Shown here: piece by piece, positions 1 through 13,254 of the stretch
Layout of the letters: each line of letters starts with the position of its first letter
Position numbering within the stretch: the first letter of the stretch is position 1
Source of the DNA: Owenia fusiformis
Taxonomy: Eukaryota
Reading direction: 5' to 3'
Assembly: GCA_903813345.2 (NCBI GenBank)
Contig: CAIIXF020000001.1
Location: 21,948,001 to 22,012,000, forward strand
Length of the DNA: 64,000 nucleotides
Made by a program: the position numbers and the translations under genes
Notes under the pieces: model-generated
The model's database searches: none
What the model was told of the DNA's origin: nothing
What the model saw: only the letters and a program-made list of their open reading frames with translations

Positions 1-109
1 TTGCAAGTTTTCATACCTATTAGGTCTTGGATAATCTATTGGACTGTGTCACTTATACACATGCATACTGAAAAAATCTTTCTGTTAATATCTTTGGTTA
101 TTATTTTAG

Positions 110-2402
110 GTGCAAAGGAAGAAGTTCTTGCTAATCTGGCTAATTTCTCATACGACCCCATCAACTATGATTTTCTGAGACGACTGGGAGTGATTGACCT
201 ATTTTTGGGTATGCATCATCATAAATTTTGTGTAAATTGACATAGATGGATTCCCATATAAATATACCAGTACACGTAGTGGTTTCATTCAATGCAATTT
301 CTAACAGCATAGGCAAAATGTTGAAAATCTTTTATCTACTCTCTTGAAAGCCCATGAGTAAAAGTAACAATAGATGTAAACACCTTAGTTTGTAATAATT
401 TTGAAATATATGAAAGCATCTAGGCCTGGAACTGGAATGTCAGCCTATAAATTTCACATTTTATATATTTCATAGAATATTGTTATTTGAATATTTTCTT
501 TCAGACAATCTCACAGAGAACAATACAAAACTTGTGCAGTTTGCTGCTGGAGGTATATGTAATATTTGTCTTGGTAAGTTAGAGATGATTCCATTTGTCA
601 TTTGATTGATTATATCAGATCAGTAAAGATTGACCATTTTGACATTTGGTTCCTCAGGTTGATTATATGTAACAATACCAACTGTGATAGTTCTGTGAAA
701 AGATTAGCTGTAAAGGCTTCAGACTGCAGTTAGAGTCTCGCACTACTTTACAGGGAATCTGTAAAGAGCAAATAGCCTCAACTCATCCTGAAGAAAGTTT
801 TGATATAATTCTCATAATGTCAGCTGTTCCAGGGGTCTACCAATATCAGATATTCCCATCATGTAGTTATATTGTTACTGTATATAAGGCAGTAGTATTA
901 CAACTATATTTCCAGATAAAGAAAACAAAGAGTATATCTTAAAGAATGATGGAGTCCACCTTCTGAAGCAGTGTTTGGTCAGGTATTCATGTTCATAACA
1001 ATATTTAATCTTACTTTAGTTATGATGGCTTATATAAAGCTTTTGTGTAATATATGAAAGTTTAATATTATCAATAGTGTTGGAAAATAAAAGAAAGTGA
1101 TCAGACTGTCAAACATACTAGAATTTTGGTTAGACAGAAATATTCTCAATATTTGATATGTTTCAGTGATGATGAAGATACAGTGATGTCAGCGATAACC
1201 TCCCTGATGTATCTCGTGACTCCACAATCAAAACCTGGTAAGACACAAATATTGCATGAAGTGGAGTTGGATATCTGTACATTTTGTAGTTCTCAGAGTA
1301 AGTTGAAAACATAACTCAGGAGTATGTAAAGATACCCAGCATTCACTTTATTCAATATTTTCTTTAGAATTTCCATGTCCCCATTTAACACACTTTATGC
1401 TTTTTGTTCTTAATCATAGTTTGAAGAAGGGAGTTACCCAGAATTCAAAGATGAACCTGTCTTCATGTAAAGATGAATCTCTACATTCATCTTTTCATAC
1501 TGATAGGTTCACCTTTGAATTTTTGGTTATTTCCTCCTCTTCATAGTAGATACAGTATACTGTTGGACATTTTTTCTATTCTGAAAGGAAAAATATTCTA
1601 TATTTATTCTATTGTTTTTCATTAATTTCTATGTTTTTCAGAAATCACAAGTCCTCCTGTAGTGGCTCACATGACTCAGCTATCCACAAGTCCAGATAAG
1701 CGCATCAGTAACCTAGCAACAGTCTTTCTTCAAGTAAGCCAACTCTTAAATGTCCAAAATGTATATGAAGATGCACTGTGTCTGTATCATACTTTAACTT
1801 TATGTATGTATGTGTTTGTAAGCATCAAATGCAAATGTCTAAAAAATGTTAACTCAAAAAAAGAAAAAAAGTCCATCATTGTTCATAGCTATAACAGTAT
1901 GTGTACATGTATTAATAAATCACATTTCTTATTCAACTCCATTGCGTTCTATTGGACCAACTTGTGGAAGAAATGGAGGTCAACTCAAAAATCATAATTA
2001 CTCCAGGTTAAATATCAACATTTGAGATAAACATTCATAAGTTTTGTCATCTATCGATACCTCACTCTCAATGATGACTCATCATCTGAAATGTGATAAT
2101 TTGGTAGTACATGTAAGCTGAATTTGTTTTCATAGGTGCAGTATCATGTTTAGGTATTTTTCTATTTAGTCATGCATCAAGTCCTTGTGTGCCCCTTACT
2201 AATCTACTTTAAGGTCTTGTTTTGGTGGGTGTTACCATCTTGAAAAAAGAAATAGATTTTAGGAGTGGAGTGTAACCCGAGGCTCAATGTAAGAGTAATT
2301 TCTGTTTTCAACATTGTATTTTTTGATTTTCTGTAGGATTATTGTAGTGAAGAGCAAAGAACTGAAGGACGTGAAGCTATTGGTCTCACAGGCCATGGCT
2401 GA
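110..2402 (+). CDS. ARMC7: Armadillo repeat-containing protein 7, 5'-partial (6 exons visible)
   Basis: GT-AG exons 110-208, 505-573, 916-982, 1167-1237, 1642-1733, 2337-2402 join in phase to [64 protein letters not shown]...[17 protein letters not shown]...[17 protein letters not shown]...GHG*. This matches the ARMC7 pattern ([15 protein letters not shown], EETVLSAITTL, NLAQIFLEDFCS). AATAAA near 2489. Confidence 0.95.
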
Positions 2403-2591
2403 AATACTACATCATGAAGCAGAGGTGCATGATAGATCAAAACATCAAGTATGAGGTAAGATCACTTCCATGTTTTATTTCAAATCTCAATAAAATGCAA
2501 GTTCTAACCCATTGAGTACAACTGAATATCTGCGGCTTTCAAATGACGATGAAAAGCAAATTACAGGTACCAGTATGTTTAATAGTGTATA

Positions 2592-3636
2592 CAGGGTGAT
2601 CAATAAATAAGGTAAAAGTATCTGGCATTTCTTCAGATTTTACCCAATCCTCATAGAATTTGCACAGAATAATGTTCAAACATTATTGAATTGATATATT
2701 AAGTTACAGATCAAATTGATGTGATAGTTTGAAGTTATAGTTGCCATAGCAACAGAAAGCATGAAGACCCGGGGCAACTATCAAAAAACTAAATTTTCAG
2801 TCGAAACACTTTTGATAATATATTTCAAATCACAATTAAAATGGCATATCATATTCTTATTTCATACTTCATAACTGCTACTTAATGTCCTTTGTTTTTA
2901 ACAATAGTTCATGTCTTCTACTCCAGTCTTTGAACACCTTTTTAACCCATTTCCCCATAGTCTGCACATTTTCAAGACAGCTGGCTTCAAGTCATCCCAT
3001 GAGAAACTCTCTCAACTCCCTCTTCAGCTCACCAAGACGGTAAAATCATAAGGGGACAAGTCAGGAGAGTATAGTACATTACCTAACAGTGGGAAACCAA
3101 GTGCTTCAATGGTTTGTACCGTGAGATTAGCATTGTGAGACAGAGCATTATCCCAGTGCAATGTGAAACGTTTTTCAGGCCTCTTAGTCTTAGCTTCTTC
3201 CTCTTTTCTCTCATGAAATCTCTTGTGGGTATTGTTTTTCATCATTGACCTGTGTCATAGACTTTCTATGATCACATCAGTTTTCATTATATATTATTTT
3301 TTTCTGTGACATCAAAATTTGCAAGAAAATATGTAACAGCGTGTAAACAAAGTAGTAAAACAATTAATGCTGGCACCCACATTTATTTCTTTTAAGGTTG
3401 AAAAAGATGTGCTTTTTATCATTATTTGTTCAAATTGGACGCCATGAAATTGCCCCGGGTACCCCCGACTCCAGTTGCCATAGTAACTATAATATTAACA
3501 AATCAGATGGCAGAAGTTATGTATTTATATGTTTTTATTTAGAAATGTACAAGGTATATTCTGACCAAATTTCAGGATGTTTGGACCAATATTTACAAAA
3601 TGCCAGATACTTTTACCTTATTTATTGATCACCCTG
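2592..3636 (-). mobile_element. Internally deleted mariner (DD34D) transposon
   Basis: Perfect 39-bp TIRs (CAGGGTGATCAATAAATAAGGTAAAAGTATCTGGCATTT) with TA on both sides (2590-2591, 3637-3638). Minus-strand fragment 3024-3245 reads LHWDNALSH...YSPDLSPYD, with 34 residues between the two Asp. Confidence 0.92.
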
Positions 3637-3755
3637 TAAGTACTTTATTCATCAATATATTAAAATCTTCAACTTATAATAAAATCAGAACTTGAATTAC
3701 TAAACCTTGAATTACATGTATACTACTGAATGGTAAATTGTTGCATATCATTGTA

Positions 3756-6700
3756 TTATTTTGACACTAAGAAGTCATCCATGTTAATGAAGCTTTTTCT
3801 TTGGCTGTATCCAACTCTGAAGCATTTTGTTTGTTTGCCGACATTTACATTCTTCCCTGTACTCAGGTGTACGTACGTGTTTGGGTGTGGTTCTTGTGTT
3901 AATGTCTCTACATTGTTTGCCACCCATCCTGAAATATTTAAGCAACCATAGACATTCCGTAGGCTTATTGGCGAGTTAGATATGAGTCAGTTTTAGAATA
4001 GACCAGATGATAATTTTTATTGTATCATACTGTATGTATATATAAGGTATATGTTATTTTGGTCAGCCTAGGAGGTAGGTGGGGGCAGGCTAATGGAAAG
4101 CAATGGTGTCTCTATTTTTGTCTGTGCTCTACCGGCAAACTGTGTGATGGATTCATTTTGACTATTAGCAATAGTACAAGGGCAGACATTAAGCTACATA
4201 TCTCTATTAAAGTTCAAAAAGATTGCATTGAGTTTGAGAGAGTTAATTGATCAAGCATCAAATAGTGTTTTCTTACCTAAAATACCATTTGTGTTTGCTG
4301 TTAACTCAATAGGCCATTTCAGGAAAAAATCCAAATGGTTATATTTCTTGGTAACTGCGACTTCAATTCGTTCATTGATTTGAACAACCATTGTTGTAAA
4401 AGTTGTTGTTATTTTAGTAGTTTCACTTCCTGTCCCAAATACTTCATCTTGCGTTTGCCACTGTAATTTCTTGTTGTTTATAGTAACATCGTCAAGGTTG
4501 ACTTGTATTATAACATCATTTGTTGTGATATGAAGATGTGATATAAGTTTGCTCTCATTATCACCATCTGTTGTCTTCAATCTTGCATTAACTATCAAAC
4601 CTGTAAATGAATACAATACAGAAACATAGCAGAAATACATGACCAGTGCAATGTACTATCTTCCTTCTAAACACTAAACCTGCAAAGTCCTATTGACAAA
4701 GTCCTATTGAAAGCTAGCAGTTCTTTACAATTTATAGTTCAGTTTTTGCAGATGATATTATGATTGACTCCTTGATTCTGGACAATTGCTTAAAGGTGTG
4801 TCTGTAGATATGGTACATTGCTTCACATGCTTTGTATAATTAATGACTTGAAAGAGATCTTCATCTTCAGTTTGGAGGAAGGATTAAGCAATTCATAGTT
4901 TGGGTGACGTGATGTGTCCCTACTTTTTCAGAAGGTTGAATGCAGTGGAATTCCAGCTAGCCTTGACTTTACTCGACTAGATATATCCATAAACAACTTT
5001 TTATGTCCCCACCACATAGTGTTGGGCCATATTGTCGGCCTAGGCGCGTCCGTCTGTCTGTCCGTCTGTCTGTCCGTCTGTCTGTCCGTCTGTCCGTACG
5101 TCCGGCAGTTTTCTCCAAAACCGCTACAGATATCACCTTCAAATTTTCAGGGATAACTTATGAGTGCATACAGATGTGGATGAAAAAAAATTAACTCGAT
5201 ACCTACTTCCTGTCGGCCATTTTGAAGTCGAATGCTAAAATCCTTGTCTGCAAACTTTAAGAAAAACTGCTTCACAGTTGCTTTTAAAACTTTAACATCT
5301 TGTTCAGCTCACTTCATTCTAGATCTGATTAGGTTTTGGACCTGCTAGCTCAGTCATGTCAGCCATTTTGAATGTCTTAAGAAAAGTTAGAGCGCGATAA
5401 TACTTTGTATCATATTGAATGGTGTTTTTGAGTTTTCATACTTTAACTATTTAGTAGCTTTATAAATAATTTCAGATGTACTTTGCTGTAAAAGCCTACT
5501 TTATTGTTAACAGTAGTTATATGTGATAATTTTGTAAAAAGAAATCAGCAAAAACTCATAAGGACTTTTTTATTGTCGGCCATTTTGGATTTTTCGGTCC
5601 TAAAATCTTGTCTGTGAAGTCTTGTCTGCGCGTTTTCAGGTGAACCGTTTGGTGGATCAATTTCAAATTTTCAGGGATGATTCTTAGTATAAAAATCTAG
5701 ATCTCATCAGTTTTTTGGCATTCTGGGTAAATGTCAAGGCAGCCATTTTGGATTTTCCGTCCTAAAATCTTGTCTGTAAAGTCTTGTCTACTCGTTTTCA
5801 GGTGAACTGTTTCGTAGATCAATTTCAAATTTTCAGGAATGATTCTTAGTATGAAAATCTAGAACTGATTAGTTTTTTTGCATTCTGGGTAAATGTCAAG
5901 GCAGCCATTTTGGATTTTCCGTCTTAAAATCTTGCCTGTAAAGTCTTGTCTACGCGTTTTTAGGAGAACGGTTTGATAGATCAATTTCATATTTTCAGGG
6001 ATGATTCTTAGTATGAAAATCTACAAACAGATTAGTTTTTTGACATTCTTGGTAAATGTCAAGGCAGCCATTTTGGATTTTTCATCCTGAAATCTTGTCT
6101 GTAAAGTCTTGTTTACATGTTTTCTGGTTTACTGTGTGACGGATCAATTTCAAATTTTCAGGGGTGGTTCTTAGTATGAAAATCTAGAACTGACTAAATT
6201 TTTGGCATTCTGGGTAAATTTTAAGGTGGCCACTTTGGATTTTCCGTCCTCAAATTGTGTTGGTAAAGTCTAAGTCTACTCATTTTCAGGATAACCATTT
6301 CACGGGATCACCACTTGGTGGGGACATTTTGTACACATTTGTGTTCTTGTAATTCAGTTATTATTATTTCATATTAGGAAATCTTTTCAATTAAATGCAA
6401 ACAGCATGCGCTGCTTGCATTTTTATGTCACCACCATATAGCCAATGTTTCTCACCAACAATCTTTTAGATTTGGCGTGACACTAAATTGTAACCATGTG
6501 GTGACATTTTGTCATGTTTTAATGCCTTATGATTTTGATGATTCATTATTTTATTGAAAATATTTGAGAGTGTAAATATTGTTTTGCTTGATCTATGATT
6601 AATAGGCCACAAGACTCACAAATTAGTTCAATTTGAGATGGTTTCATAACATGCATGCCTCAATGATACATAGGCATTTTAATAGCTGTGTATTACAGAA

Positions 6701-9700
6701 TGAATAATGATTAGCAACATGAAGAAGGACTATTATCTAAATATGCTCTAAACCGGATGCCTCATTATCAACCTATCACATCTTCAAAATATATTTGAAA
6801 GTCAATTCGATACAGATGTTTCTAATATACTGTACTGTTCTTTTGTACTAAGCTCCTTGAATTTGAATTATGGAGAATTTACAACTGTGTCGCTTCACTT
6901 TACCATTTAATTGAAATCATTCATTTATTTTGTCTTGTGTAAGAGTCTGAACTGCAATGCAAGTATTGCTTTTTATTGCTGTTATTATGTGCTGTAGTTG
7001 TAATACAAATCCGTCCACTCATGCTTCAACCATAATCAAATACAGATCACTATGCAGCATTGAAAACATTCATATGATTATGTAGATATATATTTTTAAA
7101 AATGATGATGTCACACATGGGATACATACAAATCTCTTTATCATTTTATTTGGGCTTAGGTATAAGCGAGATTTAAAAGTCATCAAATGTACCTTAAAAT
7201 GCTTCCAGCCTGTTCTGGTGCAATACTTTAAATATGTCTATGTTTAATATTTTCATTATCATCAATAATCGTATCAGATTGAAATATGACAGTTATGTGC
7301 TTTGAAGGTATTAATTATTAGCTTATAAAAATGTACTACACTGAAATTATAATTGATCAGACATTAAATTTAATTGATTTTTTGATTTTTTACATTTGTA
7401 TCTTCAAGTGAATCTTTTTCCCTCTCAAGTTGAATGAGTCATTCAGCTTCCTCTGGGACATTGTTTCTAACCAATAATGATGTAGGAATGCACGCCAAAT
7501 TAAGAAATATATAGATGGTCATAATATTTTTCATTTCCTTTCAAATCTGAACTTATCCAAGGCAATTTCTACCTGTCAAGTAATCCAAGGCCCAATTGAA
7601 TCAATACTGAAGTAATCACTGCTTAAGTTTAGGGATTGACCTCAAATATCAATACTAAAGCAGTTCAAAATGAAATAGAAAAAATGAATTTAGTGATAGC
7701 CATTTAAACTCTTCAATATTAGCCTCTAAAAGGGTTTGAAACCAGAGCGTTTTTCATTTTTGCCAGTTTTTTAAAAATTTACATCTAAATACACAATATT
7801 TGATTTTGATTTCATAAGAATAGTAAACATATTAGACCCATTACATACATTTAAAACATAACATGTGTATATCATTAAAGATTGTCAGAATTAGAGCAGT
7901 TTTAGTGAGAAATTCTGTGACAAATTTATCTGTTGTCCTGGGTTCCCATTGAATTTTATTTGAGTTAAAAATATCCGTCTGTCATTCTGGGTATTCAAGA
8001 GGTTAAAGAGCAAAACCCTCAAATCCACAAAATGTTTCCTCACCTATGTCTGGTTGAGAAAAGAACTTGTATTTCAATCCCCCCTGTCCATATGCATCAT
8101 AACACAACTGCTCTTGGATGTTTGAAATGTACTGGATAACATGGGGGTCTCCCGTGATTGTTGCATTCACCTCTTAATAAACAATAAAGAAACAGTGAGA
8201 CATAACCTCAAAATTGGACAGAAGTTTTGCTGGACAGTAATGCATGTTAATCGAATACATTGAATATTAGTTTACAAGTAGAAAAACATGATTATATTAC
8301 AAAAAATGGTTTGTTCTAACAGTCGCAAATGTGACAATGAACATTTGATAAAACAATAAATTATCATCAATAACAGCATTTAGGGAAATATTCCCTTTAA
8401 TACTACCTGTGACAGCTGCACAGTCAATGCCTGTGTATCCCTCAGGGCATGTACAAAAGCCACAGGAAACATCTAATGTTCCACCATTCTTGCACATTAT
8501 GCATGGACCTAGCATTATACATATTACTTTATTCCATGTTTCAAGTTTATGTCATACATACGAGGTTGTTCAATAAGTTCACTCAAAATTGCTTGATTTT
8601 CAATTTTTCTCGTCGATACTCTCATAGCGTTTGAAAAAATACCTATGCATTGAGTAACTGTTGTCTGATTGGTCAAATGTTTTGGTCATAGGGGTATTTG
8701 GTTAAACGAAAGTGCATTTGCATATGTGGTACATGTCAGATAATCTTAGTATATTAACTACATACACTTCAGGACCGTATCCAGGATTTACCAAGGGGGG
8801 TTCACTTTTTGAAAAATTCCAGGGAGGGGTTCACTTTTGACAATTTTGGTCCAAAAATGGCCAAAATCACTTAAAAAGTGCTTAGAATGATGAAAAACTT
8901 TGCACTTCAAATGCAACGTGCAGAGATGTTTGACAAATACATGGAGTTTGCTGAACATATAATATTTACTTCCAAAACAGGCTTGCACTGAGATTTGAAT
9001 GATTATGAACCTATCTGCATGTTCATGCTATATAATATATAAATAAATAATATAGAGTGTAGTACTGACTATCTTCTATGAGGGATGGGGGTGGTTTACA
9101 TGGCAGATCATCACTATTACAGTCAACAGCGCAAGAGCTCACATCTTCATCTTTGTCACATATAAAATCATTGCAAACTTTGCCAAGGTCAGCCCTGAAA
9201 TATAAATGACATATTTCCTTGTGTATGAACCAAAATAGGTATATAAATATTAAGAAGGTCATCCTTGAAAATATTGCGGAATCATCTCTTTCTAGCATTA
9301 ACATTTAATGTAATCTTTGTACATTATGTAAGACTTTTTTTTATATCACCGCCATGAAATGGTGACATATTGACATTGCTATAGGCCCAATTTTTGTGAC
9401 TTGTGTTTGGCATTGGTATAGACATCAGGATTTAATCTGTAACAATTGTTACACTTTTGTAATTGCATCTTAGTGGTATCTTATGCATGATTTATAATTG
9501 TATACTGTATATAATATAGATGTAATTGTATTCAATGATTATGCTTACTCTGTTGAAGGTAGTTGGCCTCTTGCAATGAAACATGCTTTGTTCATACAGT
9601 CATAGAATATTTTGCTGCATTCAGGACTCTCTTGGGTATTGAACCTGCTGCATCTAAAGTACACTACTGTAGTTATTATACGAGGATTGACCCAAAAGTT

Positions 9701-11166
9701 AGAACATGAATTATATAGAAAAAGGAAACTAGATGTGCTGTATAGGTGATGACTCAGCCCATTTTATGAGAAATATTGATCAGATTTTTAGGGCAAATGT
9801 TGCAGAAGTTTTGGATCAACCCTTGTATGTATTTACAATTATTGGAAACCAATTTTAATCTGATGGAATGAATGTAAGGTTATTCATTTTTATGTTTTGA
9901 TATTATATACCTTTTTAAAGCTATTGTATAGCCCTGGCATCCATTGCACCCTGGGAAGAGTTTAGAATGACATGTAACTCCTGGTTGATTAGCTGCTCCA
10001 CATTCTCCACAAATATCCTTATAACCAGTGACCGCAGAGAAAGGATGTACTGCCTTTGGATTACAGAGGAAGAAAATTATTTTCCACAGATTGAAATAAA
10101 TGTATACAGGGTGTCCTATTAATATGTTCTCCCCCTTACAGGGCTGTCAACTTGGGACCGTCTAGCATGAGTGACTTCCAAATGTTGAACACCTTCCTTC
10201 AAACTTTGGACAGCTTCAGTGAACACATTTTGGACACCTGAATTTTTTCCAGCTCGTTAACGCTCGCTGTTCAAGGGGGGTAGGTGTAATTTTTTTCGAA
10301 ACAAATGCGTGATATAAACACATATTTTGTACAAAATGCATGACACAAACGGCAATCGCGTGCAAAGACCGAACGGAATAGGTTCGCATTTTTTCATCGT
10401 TCGGTATTTTACCGTGTCGGCATTTCACAAAAAACGATTTTTAAAAATATCAACAAAATGCGTGATTTGCGTGATATTTGATCATACACGCTAAATTGAT
10501 GCGTGATTTCTATTTTTCCAGCAAATGCGTGAGGGTTGACAGGGCAGCCCTTAATTTCAAAAGTATGAACTTTTGTGCATAAAAGTGCATCTAGTTCAGC
10601 TAGTCATCTGAAACCTCTTGTGGAGGTGCTCCATGAGGCCTAATTTTGATGTGCCAAGGAAAAAACAGATATCATGTAGACAAAAAAGTTATGTGGGGAG
10701 AACATATTTATTTGACACCCTGTACAAACTTCTAAATTTCAAAATTAGGTAGAGATGCTGAGACTTTTGTCAATATTTACCAATGTTTCAGTTGTGAAGC
10801 ATTTATCACTATCAGACTTCTCATAGCAGGCATTACAGCATAGAGCTATTTTGTTGTCTGCACTTGTGCATACATTGCAGTCATTTTTGTCAGGTATCCC
10901 TTTATAATACAAATATCAAGTTAAAATGTATGTAAAGCAATGGATATTGAAGCATCATCATGTTAAGTTATGCTTTGTAAAGGGTCTTAAATAGATATGA
11001 TATTATCCGTCCCTATATTCCTTATTTCTAGACAAAAATCCTTCAGGAAAAAGTCATAAAAATATTTTTTTGCATTTTATCAATAAGGGCCTAGAAGCCA
11101 GACTGACTTACCATCTGTAGACTTGACTGCTGTAGCTAGTAAACAAATCCAAATTATAAACCGCAT
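3756..11166 (-). CDS. Secreted Cys-rich protein with EGF domain and C-terminal ITI heavy-chain-C/VWD-like domain (GDPH), 424 aa, 9 coding exons
   Basis: Phase-consistent GT-AG exons 11166-11112 (signal peptide MRFIIWICLLATAVKSTD), 10899-10781, 10053-9911, 9653-9549, 9194-9070, 8508-8407 (EGF: CIMCKNGGTLDVSCGFCTCPEGYTGIDC), 8172-8044 (TITGDPHVIQ...LCYDAYG), 4600-4277 (GLIVNARL...TNGILG), 3928-3756 (..KCFRV..FINMDDFLVSK*). Total 1,275 nt with no internal stop. Confidence 0.88.
5001..6350 (+). mobile_element. Helentron-associated (HINE/DINE-1-like) non-autonomous element, copy 1
   Basis: 5' subterminal repeat ATGTCCCCACCA with an adjacent partial inverted copy, (GTCY)n microsatellite 5048-5096, ~162-bp internal tandem units, 3' inverted subTIR TGGTGGGGACAT and terminal hairpin ACACATTTGTGT. 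Closely similar second copy at 30813-32426. Confidence 0.85.
6423..6528 (+). mobile_element. Miniature HINE-like element
   Basis: TTATGTCACCAC...GTGGTGACATTTTG..CATGTTTTAATGCCTT. Same end motifs at ~19043-19176 and 20498-20660, and a 5' end at ~9341. Confidence 0.55.
9681..9825. mobile_element. Small mariner-type MITE
   Basis: TA|CGAGGATTGACCCAAAAGT ... AGTTTTGGATCAACCCTTG|TA imperfect TIRs with TA flanks. Confidence 0.6.
10107..10722. mobile_element. Tc1/mariner-type MITE with a nested insertion (10139-10547)
   Basis: TA|CAGGGTGTCCTATTAATATGTTCTCCCC ... GGGGAGAACATATTTATTTGACACCCTG|TA. The internal CpG-rich segment is bounded by CAGGGCTGTCAAC / GTTGACAG, with CCCTTA on both sides. Confidence 0.75.
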
Positions 11167-11983
11167 CCTGAACCTGAAATTGCTTAACTTGAAACCCAAA
11201 TAGAGTGGTTGTGCTTATTTCACCATTGTTTGTTAAAGTGTCTTTGTATCAGTACTGATCGAGAGCCAAAGAGACACTTTACTTATTCCTGTGTTTGCTT
11301 ATTCTATAATAGCATTTTTGTGATGGTGTTCACATTTGTTCATCTATTATTAAAGTAATTTAACCTCCATTCTGTTTATTTTGTTTACTAAATACCTTAT
11401 GTTATTGATGCAACATTGTCATGTCTACTGGTGATAATTTCGTATTGGACTCTTGCTTTTTCATTTGTATCTATGACTACAGGCTTTATGCAGATGTGCA
11501 GATGTTCGTTTAAAATTCAGTTTGTCATATGTAATTGGAGAAGGAGTTTTGTATTTTGTATTTGATGTGCAATTTTTTCTGTTTTATCAATTTGTTCTTG
11601 TTTTTTGTTCGTAAAACTTTTTAACTACTAGAACATGAATTATATTCATGTTTCATGTATTTCATTTGATATACCTGACATTATCATCCATGAGTGATTA
11701 ACAGGCAAAAATGCCTATAAATTGAATCTTACTTATTAGCTTATTGATATAATTAACAATTTATATATATATTTTAAGACCTTAAATAGTAAAGCTTCCG
11801 ATTATTTGGCACATTATTAAAGTTTCCATTATTCTAATCCCATTGAACAAAGGGGGGGGGGGGGTTCAGAGTCTTGAAACAAGACTCTGGTTGTTAGCAT
11901 ATAGAGAATAGACTTTAATCATACCAACTTATATAAAGTGCATAATAAGGTTGAATAGTTCTCACCCAGTCCACTTCCACTCT

Positions 11984-12496
11984 CCAAAAGTAATGGTACA
12001 TCCCAGCCCTTTCAGTAGGTTCACTTAACCAGGATATTTATTACCTCATCATTATCAATACCAAAAAGTAATATTACATCCCAGCCCTTTCAGTAGGTTC
12101 ACTTAGCCAGGATATTTATTACCTCATCATTATCAATACCAAAAAGTAATGGTACATCCCAGCCCTTTCAGTAGGTTCACTTAACCAGGATATTTATTAC
12201 CTCATCATTATCAATACCAAAAAGTAATGGTACATCCCAGCCCTTTCAGTAGGTTCACTTAGCCAGGATATTTATTACCTCATCATTATCAATACCAAAA
12301 AGTAATGGTACATCCCAGCCCTTTCAGTAGGTTCACCTAACCAGGATATTTACTACCTCATCATTATCAATACCAAAAAGTAATGGTACATCCCAGCCCT
12401 TTCAGTAGGTTCACTTAACCAGGATATTTATTACCTCATCATTATCAATACAAAAAAGCAATGATACATCCCAGCCCTTTCAGTAAGTTCTCTTAA
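11984..12496. repeat. 78-bp tandem repeat, ~6.5 copies, resuming at 13255-13291 after an insertion
   Basis: Unit CCAAAAAGTAATGGTACATCCCAGCCCTTTCAGTAGGTTCACTTAACCAGGATATTTATTACCTCATCATTATCAATA starts at 12061, 12139, 12217 etc. Confidence 0.95.
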
Positions 12497-13254
12497 GGTG
12501 CTATGGAACTTAACAGGAAATGACAAAACAGGAAGTGACACTTTTTTTTGCATTTTTAGATATTTTTTGAATAAAAATAACAGAGTTCTGGTTTGACCTC
12601 CAGTCAATTGAACTATTTCCACATATCATTTACATGACCAGGATCACAATGTGCATGGTCAGAATGACCCTAAACATGATGAAATAACCTTTTTAGCCCT
12701 TTGAAAGTGTGACTGAAAAAAAGCTAAAAGTAGGAGCGTAGGGATAGTCACTGAGCAGAATCTTTTGAATTTTTCAGAAAATGTGCCCAATATAATGCTC
12801 TAACTAGTACAATCTTTGAAATTTTAGAAAATTGTCTTAAACAAAAATGGCAGTCATAAAAAGGAAAATAGATCGCTTTTCAAATCAGTTTTTTCATTTT
12901 TTTTTCTTTTTCTATGAATGATATCAAATTTTCAAAGATTGTATCATTTAGAGCAATATATTGGGCACATTTTCTGAAAAATTCAAAAGATTTTGTTTAG
13001 TGACCTTCCCTACGCTCCTACTTTTAGCTTTTTTTCAGTCACACTTTCAAAGGGCTAAAAAGGTTATTTCATCATGTTTAGGGTCATTCTGACCATGCAC
13101 ATTGTGATCCTGGTCATGTAAATGATATGTGGAAATAGTTAAATTGACTGGAGGTCAAACCAGAACTCTGTTATCTTTATTCAAAAAATATCTAAAAATG
13201 CAAAAAAAATTGTCACTTCCTGTTTTGTCATTTCCTGTTAAGTTCCATAGCACC
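12497..13254. mobile_element. Fold-back MITE with TTAA TSD, Kolobok-like
   Basis: TTAA|GGTGCTATGGAAC ... GTTCCATAGCACC|TTAA with ~330-bp inverted arms. RR...YY termini plus a TTAA TSD fit Kolobok rather than piggyBac (CCC...GGG). Confidence 0.82.

Noticed and set aside
209-2336. Possible U12-type introns in ARMC7 (a minor-spliceosome-associated protein)
   Set aside because: None of the five visible donors matches the U12 consensus RTATCCTT.
4740-7535. Possible decayed nested gene on the minus strand (signal-peptide-like MKNIMTIYIFLNLACIP at ~7535; CUB-like GHITSP-NY at ~4893-4919)
   Set aside because: Short, interrupted by stops and a frameshift, and no coherent exon chain could be built.
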